From positions 1-52,359 of IMG/VR virus record IMGVR_UViG_2706795377_000001: a stretch of 52,359 nucleotides of DNA; one strand, 5' to 3'. This DNA is from a virus. Lineage: Duplodnaviria > Heunggongvirae > Uroviricota > Caudoviricetes. Numbering within the stretch: position 1 is the first letter of the stretch; the number at the start of each line of letters is the position of its first letter. The notes beneath the pieces are model-generated. The model was not told where the DNA came from. It did not search any database and worked only from the letters and a program-made list of their open reading frames with translations. Positions 7,418 through 16,330 of the stretch are shown piece by piece. The translations under genes and the position numbers were made by a program.

Positions 7418-8443
7418 TTACCCTTTGTTTAAAATGCGAATCAATTCAAATTTAGAACTGTCACTCATTTTTGATATAGCTTGCAATAATTCTTCGTGAG
7501 ATAAATGCTGTATTTCATTTAGGATATCAACCTCTTGGTCGATAGTGTAAGAAGGTTTTTGAGTTAAGTCATCTTTTACTACAACATAATAATTGTTAGT
7601 GGTTTCAAGACACTTATGCTTTCCTTGCAGTTGAGCTTTAGTCAAGTCACCAGTTTTTTGAAGAACTCTGTTTACACCACACTTTTTGAAACTATGAAAT
7701 TTAATATTTCGCTTTGGGTCAATTTTAAAATATTCAAGAATATCTTTTAATAGTTTTCCAACTTTGTGCTTATATAGACTAGGGAATAGTTCCCCTGTTG
7801 TTCCAAGCAAAGTGTGAAGTTCATCATAGAAAGAATCTGAGATAGGAGTCTGGTGACGAGTCTCCTTGTCAACAGTGTCGATATAGTTGACCATAATGCC
7901 ATTCTCGTTTTTTGTTCTAAAATTCTCTTCCCAAGTTAGAGAGAGAAGAGCTTCCAGACGAATGGATGAAATGCAAGCCAATTTTAAAAGCATAGCCATC
8001 TCATTGCTTTGTGCTTGAAACGCATATTCGATAAACAGGAAAGCTTCATCCCATTCGATGTTTCCATAACCATTCCTGTCATTGTTGACATTTTGTAATG
8101 GAAGGTTGTCGAAAATGTTTGCATTTAATTGTTGATAATCAACTTTCATGAAATTTAAAAAACTTCTCATAGATTCTACTTTGCGTTTAATTGTAGCATT
8201 CTTAGCATTACTATCTTTTAAATGATTAAAAAATTTTGTTGCCTGAAGGCTTGTAAGAGAAAGAAGTTCATCAAGTAAAACGTAGACTGGTTCTTTGCCA
8301 AATGTAAATTTACAGAATTGTTTGATGTCAGTGCGATAGCTACTAGCTGTATTCGGAGAAGCTTTACTTTTTAGAAACTCTGTAAAGTAATTTTCAATAG
8401 TAGGACGCAATTGTTCGACGTTTTTATGTGCTAGATTAGTCAT
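7418..8443 (-). CDS. Tyrosine-recombinase-fold protein with HxxR changed to HSFK
   Basis: SAM-like N-domain (NTASSYRTDIKQF), SIRLEALLSL, FHSFKKCG, GKH...TNNYY. Confidence 0.85.
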   Translation of the reverse strand: MTNLAHKNVEQLRPTIENYFTEFLKSKASPNTASSYRTDIKQFCKFTFGKEPVYVLLDELLSLTSLQATKFFNHLKDSNAKNATIKRKVESMRSFLNFMKVDYQQLNANIFDNLPLQNVNNDRNGYGNIEWDEAFLFIEYAFQAQSNEMAMLLKLACISSIRLEALLSLTWEENFRTKNENGIMVNYIDTVDKETRHQTPISDSFYDELHTLLGTTGELFPSLYKHKVGKLLKDILEYFKIDPKRNIKFHSFKKCGVNRVLQKTGDLTKAQLQGKHKCLETTNNYYVVVKDDLTQKPSYTIDQEVDILNEIQHLSHEELLQAISKMSDSSKFELIRILNKG

Positions 8444-8461
8444 TTATATCAACCTCCGATT

Positions 8462-8486
8462 TGTTCACATAACTGTTATGTGAACA
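8462..8486. promoter_or_regulatory. Perfect 12-1-12 palindromic operator
   Basis: TGTTCACATAAC-T-GTTATGTGAACA between the promoter and RBS of the recombinase-fold gene. Confidence 0.75.
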
Positions 8487-8515
8487 TCTTACCATCTAGC
8501 TAAACCGTCCGTCAA
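8486..8515 (-). promoter_or_regulatory. SigA promoter for the recombinase-fold gene
   Basis: TTGACG-N18-TAAGAT with extended -10 TG. Confidence 0.6.
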
Positions 8516-8537
8516 TAAAAAAATAGATAATTTTTGG

Positions 8538-8566
8538 TTGCCGAAACCTAAATAAAGTACTATAAT
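8538..8566 (+). promoter_or_regulatory. SigA promoter for recD with operator motif copy 3 (8548-8560)
   Basis: TTGCCG-N17-TATAAT; CTAAATAAAGTAC fills the spacer. Confidence 0.75.
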
Positions 8567-8598
8567 GTTTATATAAATAAAACGAATGGAGGAAAGAT

Positions 8599-10887
8599 AT
8601 GGAATTAAACCTGATTGATGTTGTTTTGACGCCAGAGAAAAAGCTATATTATTCAGATTCGTCCAGCTTTGGTATTTATGCAGTTCGTATTGATGAAGCT
8701 GAAAACATGAATGAAATAGAGGTTAATTCATTTGGGAATGTGTCTATCAAAGGAAGTATGCCTATCCTTGAAATAGATAAGCCATATATCGCAAAAATAA
8801 GTCCAAAGAAAGACCCGAAATATGGAATGGGTTATGAAGTAAAAACCATCTATATGAAGCCTGTGACAACCATAGAAGAACAGCATAAGTTCCTTGCTTC
8901 GATTCTGACAGACTTTCAAATTAAGTCCATTTCTGAAGCTTATCCAGACCAGAATGTTATTGACCTAATAAAGAATGGGACATTTGATGTTTCACTCACA
9001 AAAGGAATTAAGGAAGCAACACTTGAAAAAATCAAAGATAAGATATTAACTAATGAAAAATATCAAAATGCTATCATCACTTTAACAGGTGAGTTTGGAG
9101 TTCCATACAGTGCTGTTAAGAAGCTTTCTGATAAGTATGGCTCTCCTGACCTTCTGGTGCAAAAAATTCGTGAGAATCCATATATACTTACTGAGATTGA
9201 TGGGTATGGATTTAAAAAAGTAGATGACTTGGCATTGCTGATGGGGGTTGAAAAAAATTCACCTCATCGAATATTGTCATGCATAGAATACGTTTTGGAT
9301 GAGCAAGCAAACAATGGTCACTCATGGATGAGAGAAAAAAAAGCAATTACAGAAACATTGAGCCTTTTGAATATTGGTCTTTCTGAAATTGAAGAGGTAG
9401 TAAATAAAAATGCGAAAAATGGAAAGTTTAGTACAAATGATAAAAAGGGAATTATTTATCTTGACCAAAATTATTATTACGAAGACCAAATAAAGAACCA
9501 TTTAAAAAGATTGTTAGCATCTGAATTCAATCATAAAATAAAAGATGTTGAAGGGAAAATTGCAGAAGTAGAGAAGAAGCAGGGATTCAAGTTTACTGAC
9601 GAACAACGAAAAGCGATATATCTAGCCATTGAGGAAAATGTTCTTGTTGTAAATGGTAAAGCAGGTACAGGTAAAACATCTGTAATTAAAGGGATAGTTG
9701 AAGTTCTGAAAGCAGTAGAAGGATTAGGGATAGAGTCCGCAGATATCATAATTGATGAGCCTTGGGCTGTTATGACGAATCCAAGTGTTCTCGAATATGC
9801 GACTTGCGCCCTTTCTGGTAAGGCAAGTCAACGCATCCAAGAGTCAACAGGGTTAGACTCTTTCACAATTCATAGGTTGCTTGGATTCCATCCAAAGCTT
9901 GGATGGACATTTAATGAAAATTGCAAGCTACCAAAAGATATCATCATCCTTGACGAAGCATCAATGGTTAATACTCAATTGTTCTATTATTTATTAAGTG
10001 CAATTAAGGATGGAGCGAAGTTAATCATCACAGGGGATACAGGACAGCTTGAACCAATTGGGGTTGGCAATGTTTTGGTAGATATGATTGCCAGTGGAAT
10101 CATTCCTTCTGTAGAATTGACACTCGTTCATCGTCAGGCTCAAAAGTCAGGAATCCTGTCTTGTGCAAACATGGTTCGTGATGGTAAAAAATTCTTGACT
10201 GAGACTGGAAAGAAACGTCTAGGTGAATTACAAGACCTTCATACATATTCTTACGAAGAAAGTGATAAGGTCTACAAAGCTGTAATAAGCATAGCGAAGA
10301 AATATAATGAGAACATTTTAGACTTTCAGATTATTGTGCCAATGAAGTCGAGAGGCAAGCTATCAACACAGAACATCAATAAAGAATGTCAAAAGATATT
10401 CAATCAGAATCCAGAAGATGTTGACCCAAGAAATAAGATTGAAAGAAAAGATGTTGTATTCATGGAAGATGACAAGGTAATCATCAATGGTAATAACTAT
10501 GATAAAGGTGTATTTAATGGAACAATAGGTATCATAAAATATATTAACTCTACTTATAGTGAAGATGGTAAGGTTGTTGGCGAAATAGTAATTGATTTCG
10601 AGGGGATTGGAGATATTCGATTCTCGAAAGAAGAGATGGCTCAGATTGATTTGGCATATGCAATCACAGTTCATAAATCACAAGGTAGTCAGTGGAAATA
10701 TGTTGTATTCGCACTTGATTATTCATCATATGTCCTTAACAACCGTCAACTAGTATACACAGCTATGACAAGGGCAAGTGAGGGACTATTTATGCCAGTT
10801 GAGTATAGAGCATTACAAAAGGCGATAGATACAGATAATTCATCTAAACGTTGCACGTTCTTGGAAGAGATGCTAAAAGTTGCATAA
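8599..10887 (+). CDS. recD2: RecD2-like SF1B helicase
   Basis: GKAGTGKT, ILDEASM, GDTGQLEPIG, LAYAITVHKSQGS. Confidence 0.93.
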   Translation: MELNLIDVVLTPEKKLYYSDSSSFGIYAVRIDEAENMNEIEVNSFGNVSIKGSMPILEIDKPYIAKISPKKDPKYGMGYEVKTIYMKPVTTIEEQHKFLASILTDFQIKSISEAYPDQNVIDLIKNGTFDVSLTKGIKEATLEKIKDKILTNEKYQNAIITLTGEFGVPYSAVKKLSDKYGSPDLLVQKIRENPYILTEIDGYGFKKVDDLALLMGVEKNSPHRILSCIEYVLDEQANNGHSWMREKKAITETLSLLNIGLSEIEEVVNKNAKNGKFSTNDKKGIIYLDQNYYYEDQIKNHLKRLLASEFNHKIKDVEGKIAEVEKKQGFKFTDEQRKAIYLAIEENVLVVNGKAGTGKTSVIKGIVEVLKAVEGLGIESADIIIDEPWAVMTNPSVLEYATCALSGKASQRIQESTGLDSFTIHRLLGFHPKLGWTFNENCKLPKDIIILDEASMVNTQLFYYLLSAIKDGAKLIITGDTGQLEPIGVGNVLVDMIASGIIPSVELTLVHRQAQKSGILSCANMVRDGKKFLTETGKKRLGELQDLHTYSYEESDKVYKAVISIAKKYNENILDFQIIVPMKSRGKLSTQNINKECQKIFNQNPEDVDPRNKIERKDVVFMEDDKVIINGNNYDKGVFNGTIGIIKYINSTYSEDGKVVGEIVIDFEGIGDIRFSKEEMAQIDLAYAITVHKSQGSQWKYVVFALDYSSYVLNNRQLVYTAMTRASEGLFMPVEYRALQKAIDTDNSSKRCTFLEEMLKVA

Positions 10888-10898
10888 ATTTAAAACAC

Positions 10899-10931
10899 TC
10901 CTAGCTAGAAATATGGCTAGGATATTTTTTT
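10899..10931 (+). terminator. Intrinsic terminator
   Basis: TCCTAGC...GCTAGGA plus T-run. Confidence 0.7.
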
Positions 10932-10952
10932 GAATAAAATCAATTTAGTACG

Positions 10953-10981
10953 TTTGCGGAAACTAAATAAAGTATTATCAT
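10953..10981 (+). promoter_or_regulatory. Promoter-like site with operator motif copy 4 (10963-10975)
   Basis: TTGCGG-N16-TATCAT; CTAAATAAAGTAT. Confidence 0.55.
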
Positions 10982-11015
10982 TTAAATATAACATTGAGTC
11001 GGAGGTTGATGAAAA

Positions 11016-12119
11016 ATGAAAGTATCAGATAGATTGGATTATAAGCTCGAAAGAGTTGAAGATAGATTGAATCATGTTAAAAAAATAATTGCTGACACTG
11101 ATGAATATCTTGTTGATTTTATGGATAATCGTTACAATCCACATATCAACCAAACAGGATTGATTTGGGAAAATACAAGAGTGGGAAAGGACTTGGAATC
11201 TATAGCAAACTATTTATTATATGCAAAAGATAGCGACGCATCAGATGACACAATAACTGATTATCGCCAGAAGAGAAATAGCAACAGAGAGGCTTCTATT
11301 GATAAATTATTGAAAGTCCGAGAGATACGAAAAGAAACAAATCGTTCTATCATTAAAGTACCTAAAATCAAAGTAAACAAACTTGACAGAGCTTTGTATC
11401 CAGAGCTTCGTGAAAGTGGACAGGCAATTAAAATACTTACGAATCAAATTAAGACAGGTGTTGATTCTAAGGGGAATAAGCTTTCTCAGGATGAAATTAA
11501 AAAACTTAAATGGATTCGTACAGATATTCAAAAGGATGAAATTGCAGTAAAGAATGAATTAAAAGGATATATAAGATTTCAAAGTATAATGAAGTCTGAG
11601 CCTGACTATCATGCACTGTCTTACCTTCAATTTGATGATGTTGAAATCATCCGAATTTTAATTAAGTATTACCAAGAGTTTAAATATTCTTATGACGATA
11701 CATTTGGATATCTTAAAAGCATTCTTTTCACTTTTGAAAACTTAGTTGAAGCAACTGAAATCAAAGGCTACATGAAAGACATCTTTGCTTGGAAAGTTAA
11801 AGATTTACCTTATGATGTAATGATTAAGAAACTTGATGAAGAACATGGTATTAAAATGACTAAACCTCGTTTGAGTAAGATTACAAGAGAAACGCTTCCT
11901 TCAATGATTGTTGATACATACAAGCAACAGCGTGAAGATTGGGCTTACACCTATATACTAAGAGGAAAATATAAAGCTTGCAGTAAATGTCAAAAGAATT
12001 ATTTAGCTATGCAGAAATACTTTAGCCCTGATAAGAAATCCAAGTCTGGTTTTCGGTCTGTGTGCAAAGAATGCAGGAAATTGAAGTACAAAAAAGACAC
12101 ACACGCCAAAAATGAATAA
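11016..12119 (+). CDS. Phage protein with HTH-like segment and C-terminal Cys4 Zn finger (putative transcription regulator)
   Basis: DIFAWKVKDLPYDVMIKKL...KPRLSKITRE and CSKC-x24-CKEC. Confidence 0.6.
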   Translation: MKVSDRLDYKLERVEDRLNHVKKIIADTDEYLVDFMDNRYNPHINQTGLIWENTRVGKDLESIANYLLYAKDSDASDDTITDYRQKRNSNREASIDKLLKVREIRKETNRSIIKVPKIKVNKLDRALYPELRESGQAIKILTNQIKTGVDSKGNKLSQDEIKKLKWIRTDIQKDEIAVKNELKGYIRFQSIMKSEPDYHALSYLQFDDVEIIRILIKYYQEFKYSYDDTFGYLKSILFTFENLVEATEIKGYMKDIFAWKVKDLPYDVMIKKLDEEHGIKMTKPRLSKITRETLPSMIVDTYKQQREDWAYTYILRGKYKACSKCQKNYLAMQKYFSPDKKSKSGFRSVCKECRKLKYKKDTHAKNE

Positions 12120-12165
12120 ATTTTTGGGTTCAATTCATTATTAAGAATGTAGGAGTGTATGAGAG

Positions 12166-12178
12166 CTAAATAAAATAC
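12166..12178 (+). promoter_or_regulatory. Operator motif copy 5
   Basis: CTAAATAAAATAC followed by TATAAG upstream of the HU gene. Confidence 0.55.
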
Positions 12179-12240
12179 TATAAGTATCTTACTTACAAAT
12201 AAAAATTTAAACTCGAAAAGAGTAAAAGGAGAGATTTTTT

Positions 12241-12525
12241 ATGACAAAAGAGCAATTTGTACGCACAATGGCAGAGAAAGAGGATATTAGCATTAAACAA
12301 GCGCGTGAGGAAGTAAATCGAGTTTTTGGACATGTCTTGGAGGTAGTGCCAACACTGGCAGATGGTGAGAAATTAGACATTACTGGTACTTTGCAGTTCG
12401 TAGTGTCAGATGTTCCAGCTCGTACTGTTCGCAATCCAAAGACAGGTGAGCAAGTACAGAAAGAAGCTACTCGTAAGGTAAATGTTCGCGCAATGGCTTC
12501 CTTGAAGAAAGCTGTCAAAGGATAA
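12241..12525 (+). CDS. hup: HU-family histone-like protein
   Basis: MTKEQF... and ARTVRNPKTGE signature; same position as SPbeta yonN. Confidence 0.93.
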   Translation: MTKEQFVRTMAEKEDISIKQAREEVNRVFGHVLEVVPTLADGEKLDITGTLQFVVSDVPARTVRNPKTGEQVQKEATRKVNVRAMASLKKAVKG

Positions 12526-12537
12526 TAAAATCAATGA

Positions 12538-12580
12538 ATAAAAGGACAAGTCTCTGATGAGTGACTTGTCCTTTTATTTT
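12538..12580 (+). terminator. Intrinsic terminator
   Basis: ATAAAAGGACAAGTC...GACTTGTCCTTTTAT. Confidence 0.8.
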
Positions 12581-12597
12581 TATTAGGGGGCGACTTA

Positions 12598-13791
12598 ATG
12601 CTTAACTTTGATGAAATGAAGCCTTGCGTTATTGACACAAATACTCTTATTGAAGACCCATATCTTATTCGTAAGTATCAAGTTGTAGTAACGAGTCATG
12701 TTTTACGTGAAATCGAAAAGCTTGAATTAACACACAAACAAGACAAAGAACTTGTTAAGAAAATCATTAAAGCAAAACAAGCAATGGATGAGGTTGAAGA
12801 CACGCTATTCGTAGACTTAAAAGATTATACTTGGAGTATCAACGATTCTTACGACAAGCAATACGTTGACAACATGATTCTTCAATGTTGTGTTGAAAAT
12901 GATTATGGTCTAATTACAAGAGATAAATTACTTCGTATGAAAGCTAAGATGTATAACATCCCTGTTATTAAGCCAGAAAATGAATCGTCTGAGCAATATA
13001 AAGGTTACAAAATTGCCATATCTAAAGATGAAGAACTTGATTATCTGTATTCGAATCTTTCAAAGAATGTCTATGAGCTATTAGTTAATCAGTATCTCAT
13101 TTTACGTAATGAATCAGGAAAGACAGTCGATATTAGACGTTGGGATGGCAAGTCTCATGTTGAGTTGAAGATTCCCTATGATGTTATTAAACCAAAAAAT
13201 GATTTGCAAGCATGCGCCTTAGATACTCTTTACAATGATGAAATTCCTGTAAAGTTTATCTTAGGTACTTATGGTTCTGGTAAAACGTTCTTGGCTACAA
13301 AGATTGCTGTTGACAATGTAGTTGAGAATGGAAAGCGAAACACACTTATGGTTATTCGAAATCCTATCGGTTCTGGAGAACAAATTGGATACCTTTCTGG
13401 TGACTTTGGTGAGAAGACAGACAGGTTTTTCAAGCCTATCGTACAGCACTTGGATGGTGGAGAACAAGAAGTAGAGATTCTTGAAAAGCGTGGAGTACTC
13501 AAAAAAGAGATTCCTTTTTATATGAAGGGACTTAGTGTTGATGAAACTTTTATGATTTGTGATGAAGCAGAAGACCTTGATATAAAAATGATTAAACTTA
13601 TCGGTACTCGTATGGGAGTAAATTCTGTTCTCACATTTTGTGGTGACTACAATCAGGCAGAAGGAAAGTTTATCAATAACAATGGACTTATGCACGCAGT
13701 AGAAGGTCTTAAAGGAAACCATTTAGTTGGAGTGGTAGTCCTTGACCTTGATGTTCGGTCGGAAGCAAGTAAGATTTTCGCAGACCTGTAA
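12598..13791 (+). CDS. phoH: PIN-domain plus PhoH ATPase (PhoH2/YlaK-like)
   Basis: VIDTNTL...DNMIL...ITRDKLLR (PIN); GTYGSGKT, GYLSGD, CDEAED, CGDYNQ (PhoH). Confidence 0.9.
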   Translation: MLNFDEMKPCVIDTNTLIEDPYLIRKYQVVVTSHVLREIEKLELTHKQDKELVKKIIKAKQAMDEVEDTLFVDLKDYTWSINDSYDKQYVDNMILQCCVENDYGLITRDKLLRMKAKMYNIPVIKPENESSEQYKGYKIAISKDEELDYLYSNLSKNVYELLVNQYLILRNESGKTVDIRRWDGKSHVELKIPYDVIKPKNDLQACALDTLYNDEIPVKFILGTYGSGKTFLATKIAVDNVVENGKRNTLMVIRNPIGSGEQIGYLSGDFGEKTDRFFKPIVQHLDGGEQEVEILEKRGVLKKEIPFYMKGLSVDETFMICDEAEDLDIKMIKLIGTRMGVNSVLTFCGDYNQAEGKFINNNGLMHAVEGLKGNHLVGVVVLDLDVRSEASKIFADL

Positions 13792-13798
13792 CACCAAC

Positions 13799-13826
13799 GC
13801 CTTGGGTAGAAATATCCAAGGCTTTT
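13799..13826 (+). terminator. Intrinsic terminator
   Basis: GCCTTGG...CCAAGGC-TTTT. Confidence 0.65.
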
Positions 13827-13857
13827 ATTATGAATCGAGACAAAAGGAGATGTTGCT

Positions 13858-14052
13858 ATGTCCAAAGTAAAATCAACTAAAAGCCTTGGATACTCACTGA
13901 AAGGCATTCTCGACCTTGAAGCAATGACTATTACAGAAATTCTTGAAGATGAAGAGGTTGTTCATGATATTAAACCTATTCTCGAATCCTTCCATGACAA
14001 AGAAGTTTCTTTAGCAATTAAAATGACTGATAAGCTTAATGGTGACGCATAA
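13858..14052 (+). CDS. yonK: YonK-family small protein
   Basis: KGILDLEAMTITE...HDIKPILESFHDKEVSLAIK; same position as in SPbeta. Confidence 0.8.
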   Translation: MSKVKSTKSLGYSLKGILDLEAMTITEILEDEEVVHDIKPILESFHDKEVSLAIKMTDKLNGDA

Positions 14053-15305
14053 TGAGGTCGTATACAAACTTAGAGGGGGAGATTGTAGAAGTTTCGCAAG
14101 GTCATCTAAATACAGCAGTCCAGATTAAGCGAGAATTACAAATGTCAACTCCAAGTCATCGTTGCAATTGGCATCAGCACAAAAAACTCATGGAACAGGA
14201 AGGGTTCTATGATTCGGAGGTAAGTGAAAACTACCGCCAGATGATTAAAAGCTATCAGGGTAGTATTGGTCAACTAGATAGCAAAGAAAAGGTTGCAGAT
14301 TTGGTAAGTACATCAAAACTTTCTTCTATTAAAGAAGCAACAGGAGAACTGTATTTTACCAAGCGTGAAATCCAAATGGAATCTTTGAAGCTAAATCGAC
14401 TAAAACGAGAGTTGACACTATTCGGAGTAGTTGCAGAAGAAGTTCGTGACGCTATTCTCAATAAGCTTAATCAAGCAGTTCCTACTTACACATATCAACC
14501 TCGACTTCCAGTTGGGAAAGCACGAATGATAGTTTTCCTTTCCGATTGGCACATCGGGGCAACCATCCATGATGTGAATGGTAATAGCTACAATTTCAGT
14601 GTATCGAAAAAACGAATCGCAAAGTTCATTACTAAAATTAAGCGTATCGCAAAACAGGAAGGCATTACAGATATTGATGTAGTTTGTCTCGGAGATATGA
14701 CTGAACACATCTCTATGCGTAAGATTACACAAAGTTTTGAAGCAGAATTTCCACTTGCTGTCCAGATTGTCAAAGCCTATGAGTTGATTCGTGACTTTGT
14801 TGTAAACTTGTCAGAAGACTTCAATGTTTCCTATCGTGGAGTTAGTGGCAATCACGACAGAATGAATGGAAATAAAGAAGACAATATTGATTCTGATTCA
14901 ACTATTTTCGTAATCAACTTCATGATGAAAGAGTTTATTGAAAAGACAAATGCTCCAAGGATTGTATATCATGAAGTGGATAATATCAATTATAGCGCCA
15001 CTCTTGAAGTAAATGGAATCAATATCAAATGTGTTCATGGCGATAATGAGAAACAGAACAGTAAACTTTCTAGTCATAGTGATATGGATAATAAAAATTA
15101 CAATGTTCTTGCAATGGGTCACTTGCATCACCATTCTGTAAAAGAGGTTGGACAGAATAAGTACGAAGTATATTTTGGTTCCCTGCAAGGGGTAAACAAT
15201 TATGCTAAAAAGGGGAAATTCCTTTCCAATGCTTCACAGGGCTTTCTGATTGTAGATGAATATGGTGATATAGATATTCGGAGAGTTGACCTACAAGAAT
15301 ACTAA
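14052..15305 (+). CDS. Calcineurin-like metallophosphoesterase (YonJ-like)
   Basis: SDWHIG, LGD, GNHDR, VHGD and GHLHH motifs. Confidence 0.88.
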   Translation: MRSYTNLEGEIVEVSQGHLNTAVQIKRELQMSTPSHRCNWHQHKKLMEQEGFYDSEVSENYRQMIKSYQGSIGQLDSKEKVADLVSTSKLSSIKEATGELYFTKREIQMESLKLNRLKRELTLFGVVAEEVRDAILNKLNQAVPTYTYQPRLPVGKARMIVFLSDWHIGATIHDVNGNSYNFSVSKKRIAKFITKIKRIAKQEGITDIDVVCLGDMTEHISMRKITQSFEAEFPLAVQIVKAYELIRDFVVNLSEDFNVSYRGVSGNHDRMNGNKEDNIDSDSTIFVINFMMKEFIEKTNAPRIVYHEVDNINYSATLEVNGINIKCVHGDNEKQNSKLSSHSDMDNKNYNVLAMGHLHHHSVKEVGQNKYEVYFGSLQGVNNYAKKGKFLSNASQGFLIVDEYGDIDIRRVDLQEY

Positions 15306-15306
15306 T

Positions 15307-15350
15307 AAAAATAAGGGCTACCTAATTGATGGGTAGCCCTTATTTTTTTT
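15307..15350 (+). terminator. Intrinsic terminator
   Basis: AAAAATAAGGGCTACC...GGTAGCCCTTATTTTT. Confidence 0.85.
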
Positions 15351-15436
15351 GTTTAAAACCAAATCACAAAAAAAGTAGCGAACAAACAACTATTAAGGGT
15401 AGAGGAAAATTTTAAGACATAGAAAGAGGTGAGATA

Positions 15437-16330
15437 ATGGCGCAAAGAAAAAAATGTAATGGGTGTCAGAAAGATAAGCTGATTAACGACTTTTATACAT
15501 CGACCTCCATCATGTTTTCAGATGGCAGGGTTCCACTATGTAAAAAATGCTTAAAGGACATGATTGATGAAAACAACGTTGATTCAGTGAAAACGACATT
15601 GCAACGAATTGATAAGCCATTTATCGCAAAAGTTTGGAAATCGGCAGAAGAGAGCGACAATGATACAGTTGGAATTTATTTCCGAATGATTAACTCCTTG
15701 CATCAGTACAAGAATGCTAGTTGGGCTGATAGCGACTTTGAGGGAGAGAAAGAAACAGATATCTACAGGCATAAATTTGATGACGTAGACAACGTTGATG
15801 AGATAGTCACTGACAATGGAGTCATTAAACTTAATAAAGATATCGCTATGAAATTTGGCTCTGGTTATACCAATCGTGAGTATCTGACTATGGAAAAATT
15901 CTACAATGATATGACGATGACCCATAAAGTCGAAACACCACAGCTTAAAAAACAACTTGTATATCTTTGTAAATTACAAATTCAAATGGATAGAGCATTA
16001 GAAAAAGAAGACGATGGGGCTTTTAAAAACTACAACGATAGATATGAGAAGATTCTTCAATCTTCTGGTTTTCGACCAATTGACAGAAAGAGTTCCAGCG
16101 AAGCTAGTGGATTAATATCATTCTCATCTTTATTTGAACAAGTGGAGAAAAATGGTTACATTGAACCAAAGCCAATAGAAGAAAGAATGGATTTAGTTGA
16201 TGTTGCTATCTTAACACACCTTAATTATATTCGTCAGTTGTTGGGTCATGAAAAATTTGCTCAAATTCCAGATGAAATTCACGATGCCCTTGAAAGTGCC
16301 AATGGAGAACTGGGTGGTAGTTATGAGTGA
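15437..16330 (+). CDS. terS: Putative terminase small subunit with N-terminal Cys4 Zn finger
   Basis: Directly upstream of and overlapping terL; CNGC-x24-CKKC. Confidence 0.65.
   Translation: MAQRKKCNGCQKDKLINDFYTSTSIMFSDGRVPLCKKCLKDMIDENNVDSVKTTLQRIDKPFIAKVWKSAEESDNDTVGIYFRMINSLHQYKNASWADSDFEGEKETDIYRHKFDDVDNVDEIVTDNGVIKLNKDIAMKFGSGYTNREYLTMEKFYNDMTMTHKVETPQLKKQLVYLCKLQIQMDRALEKEDDGAFKNYNDRYEKILQSSGFRPIDRKSSSEASGLISFSSLFEQVEKNGYIEPKPIEERMDLVDVAILTHLNYIRQLLGHEKFAQIPDEIHDALESANGELGGSYE

Noticed and set aside
12554-12560. CTGATGA hammerhead core word
   Set aside because: It is the loop of a terminator hairpin, with no GAAA or stem arrangement
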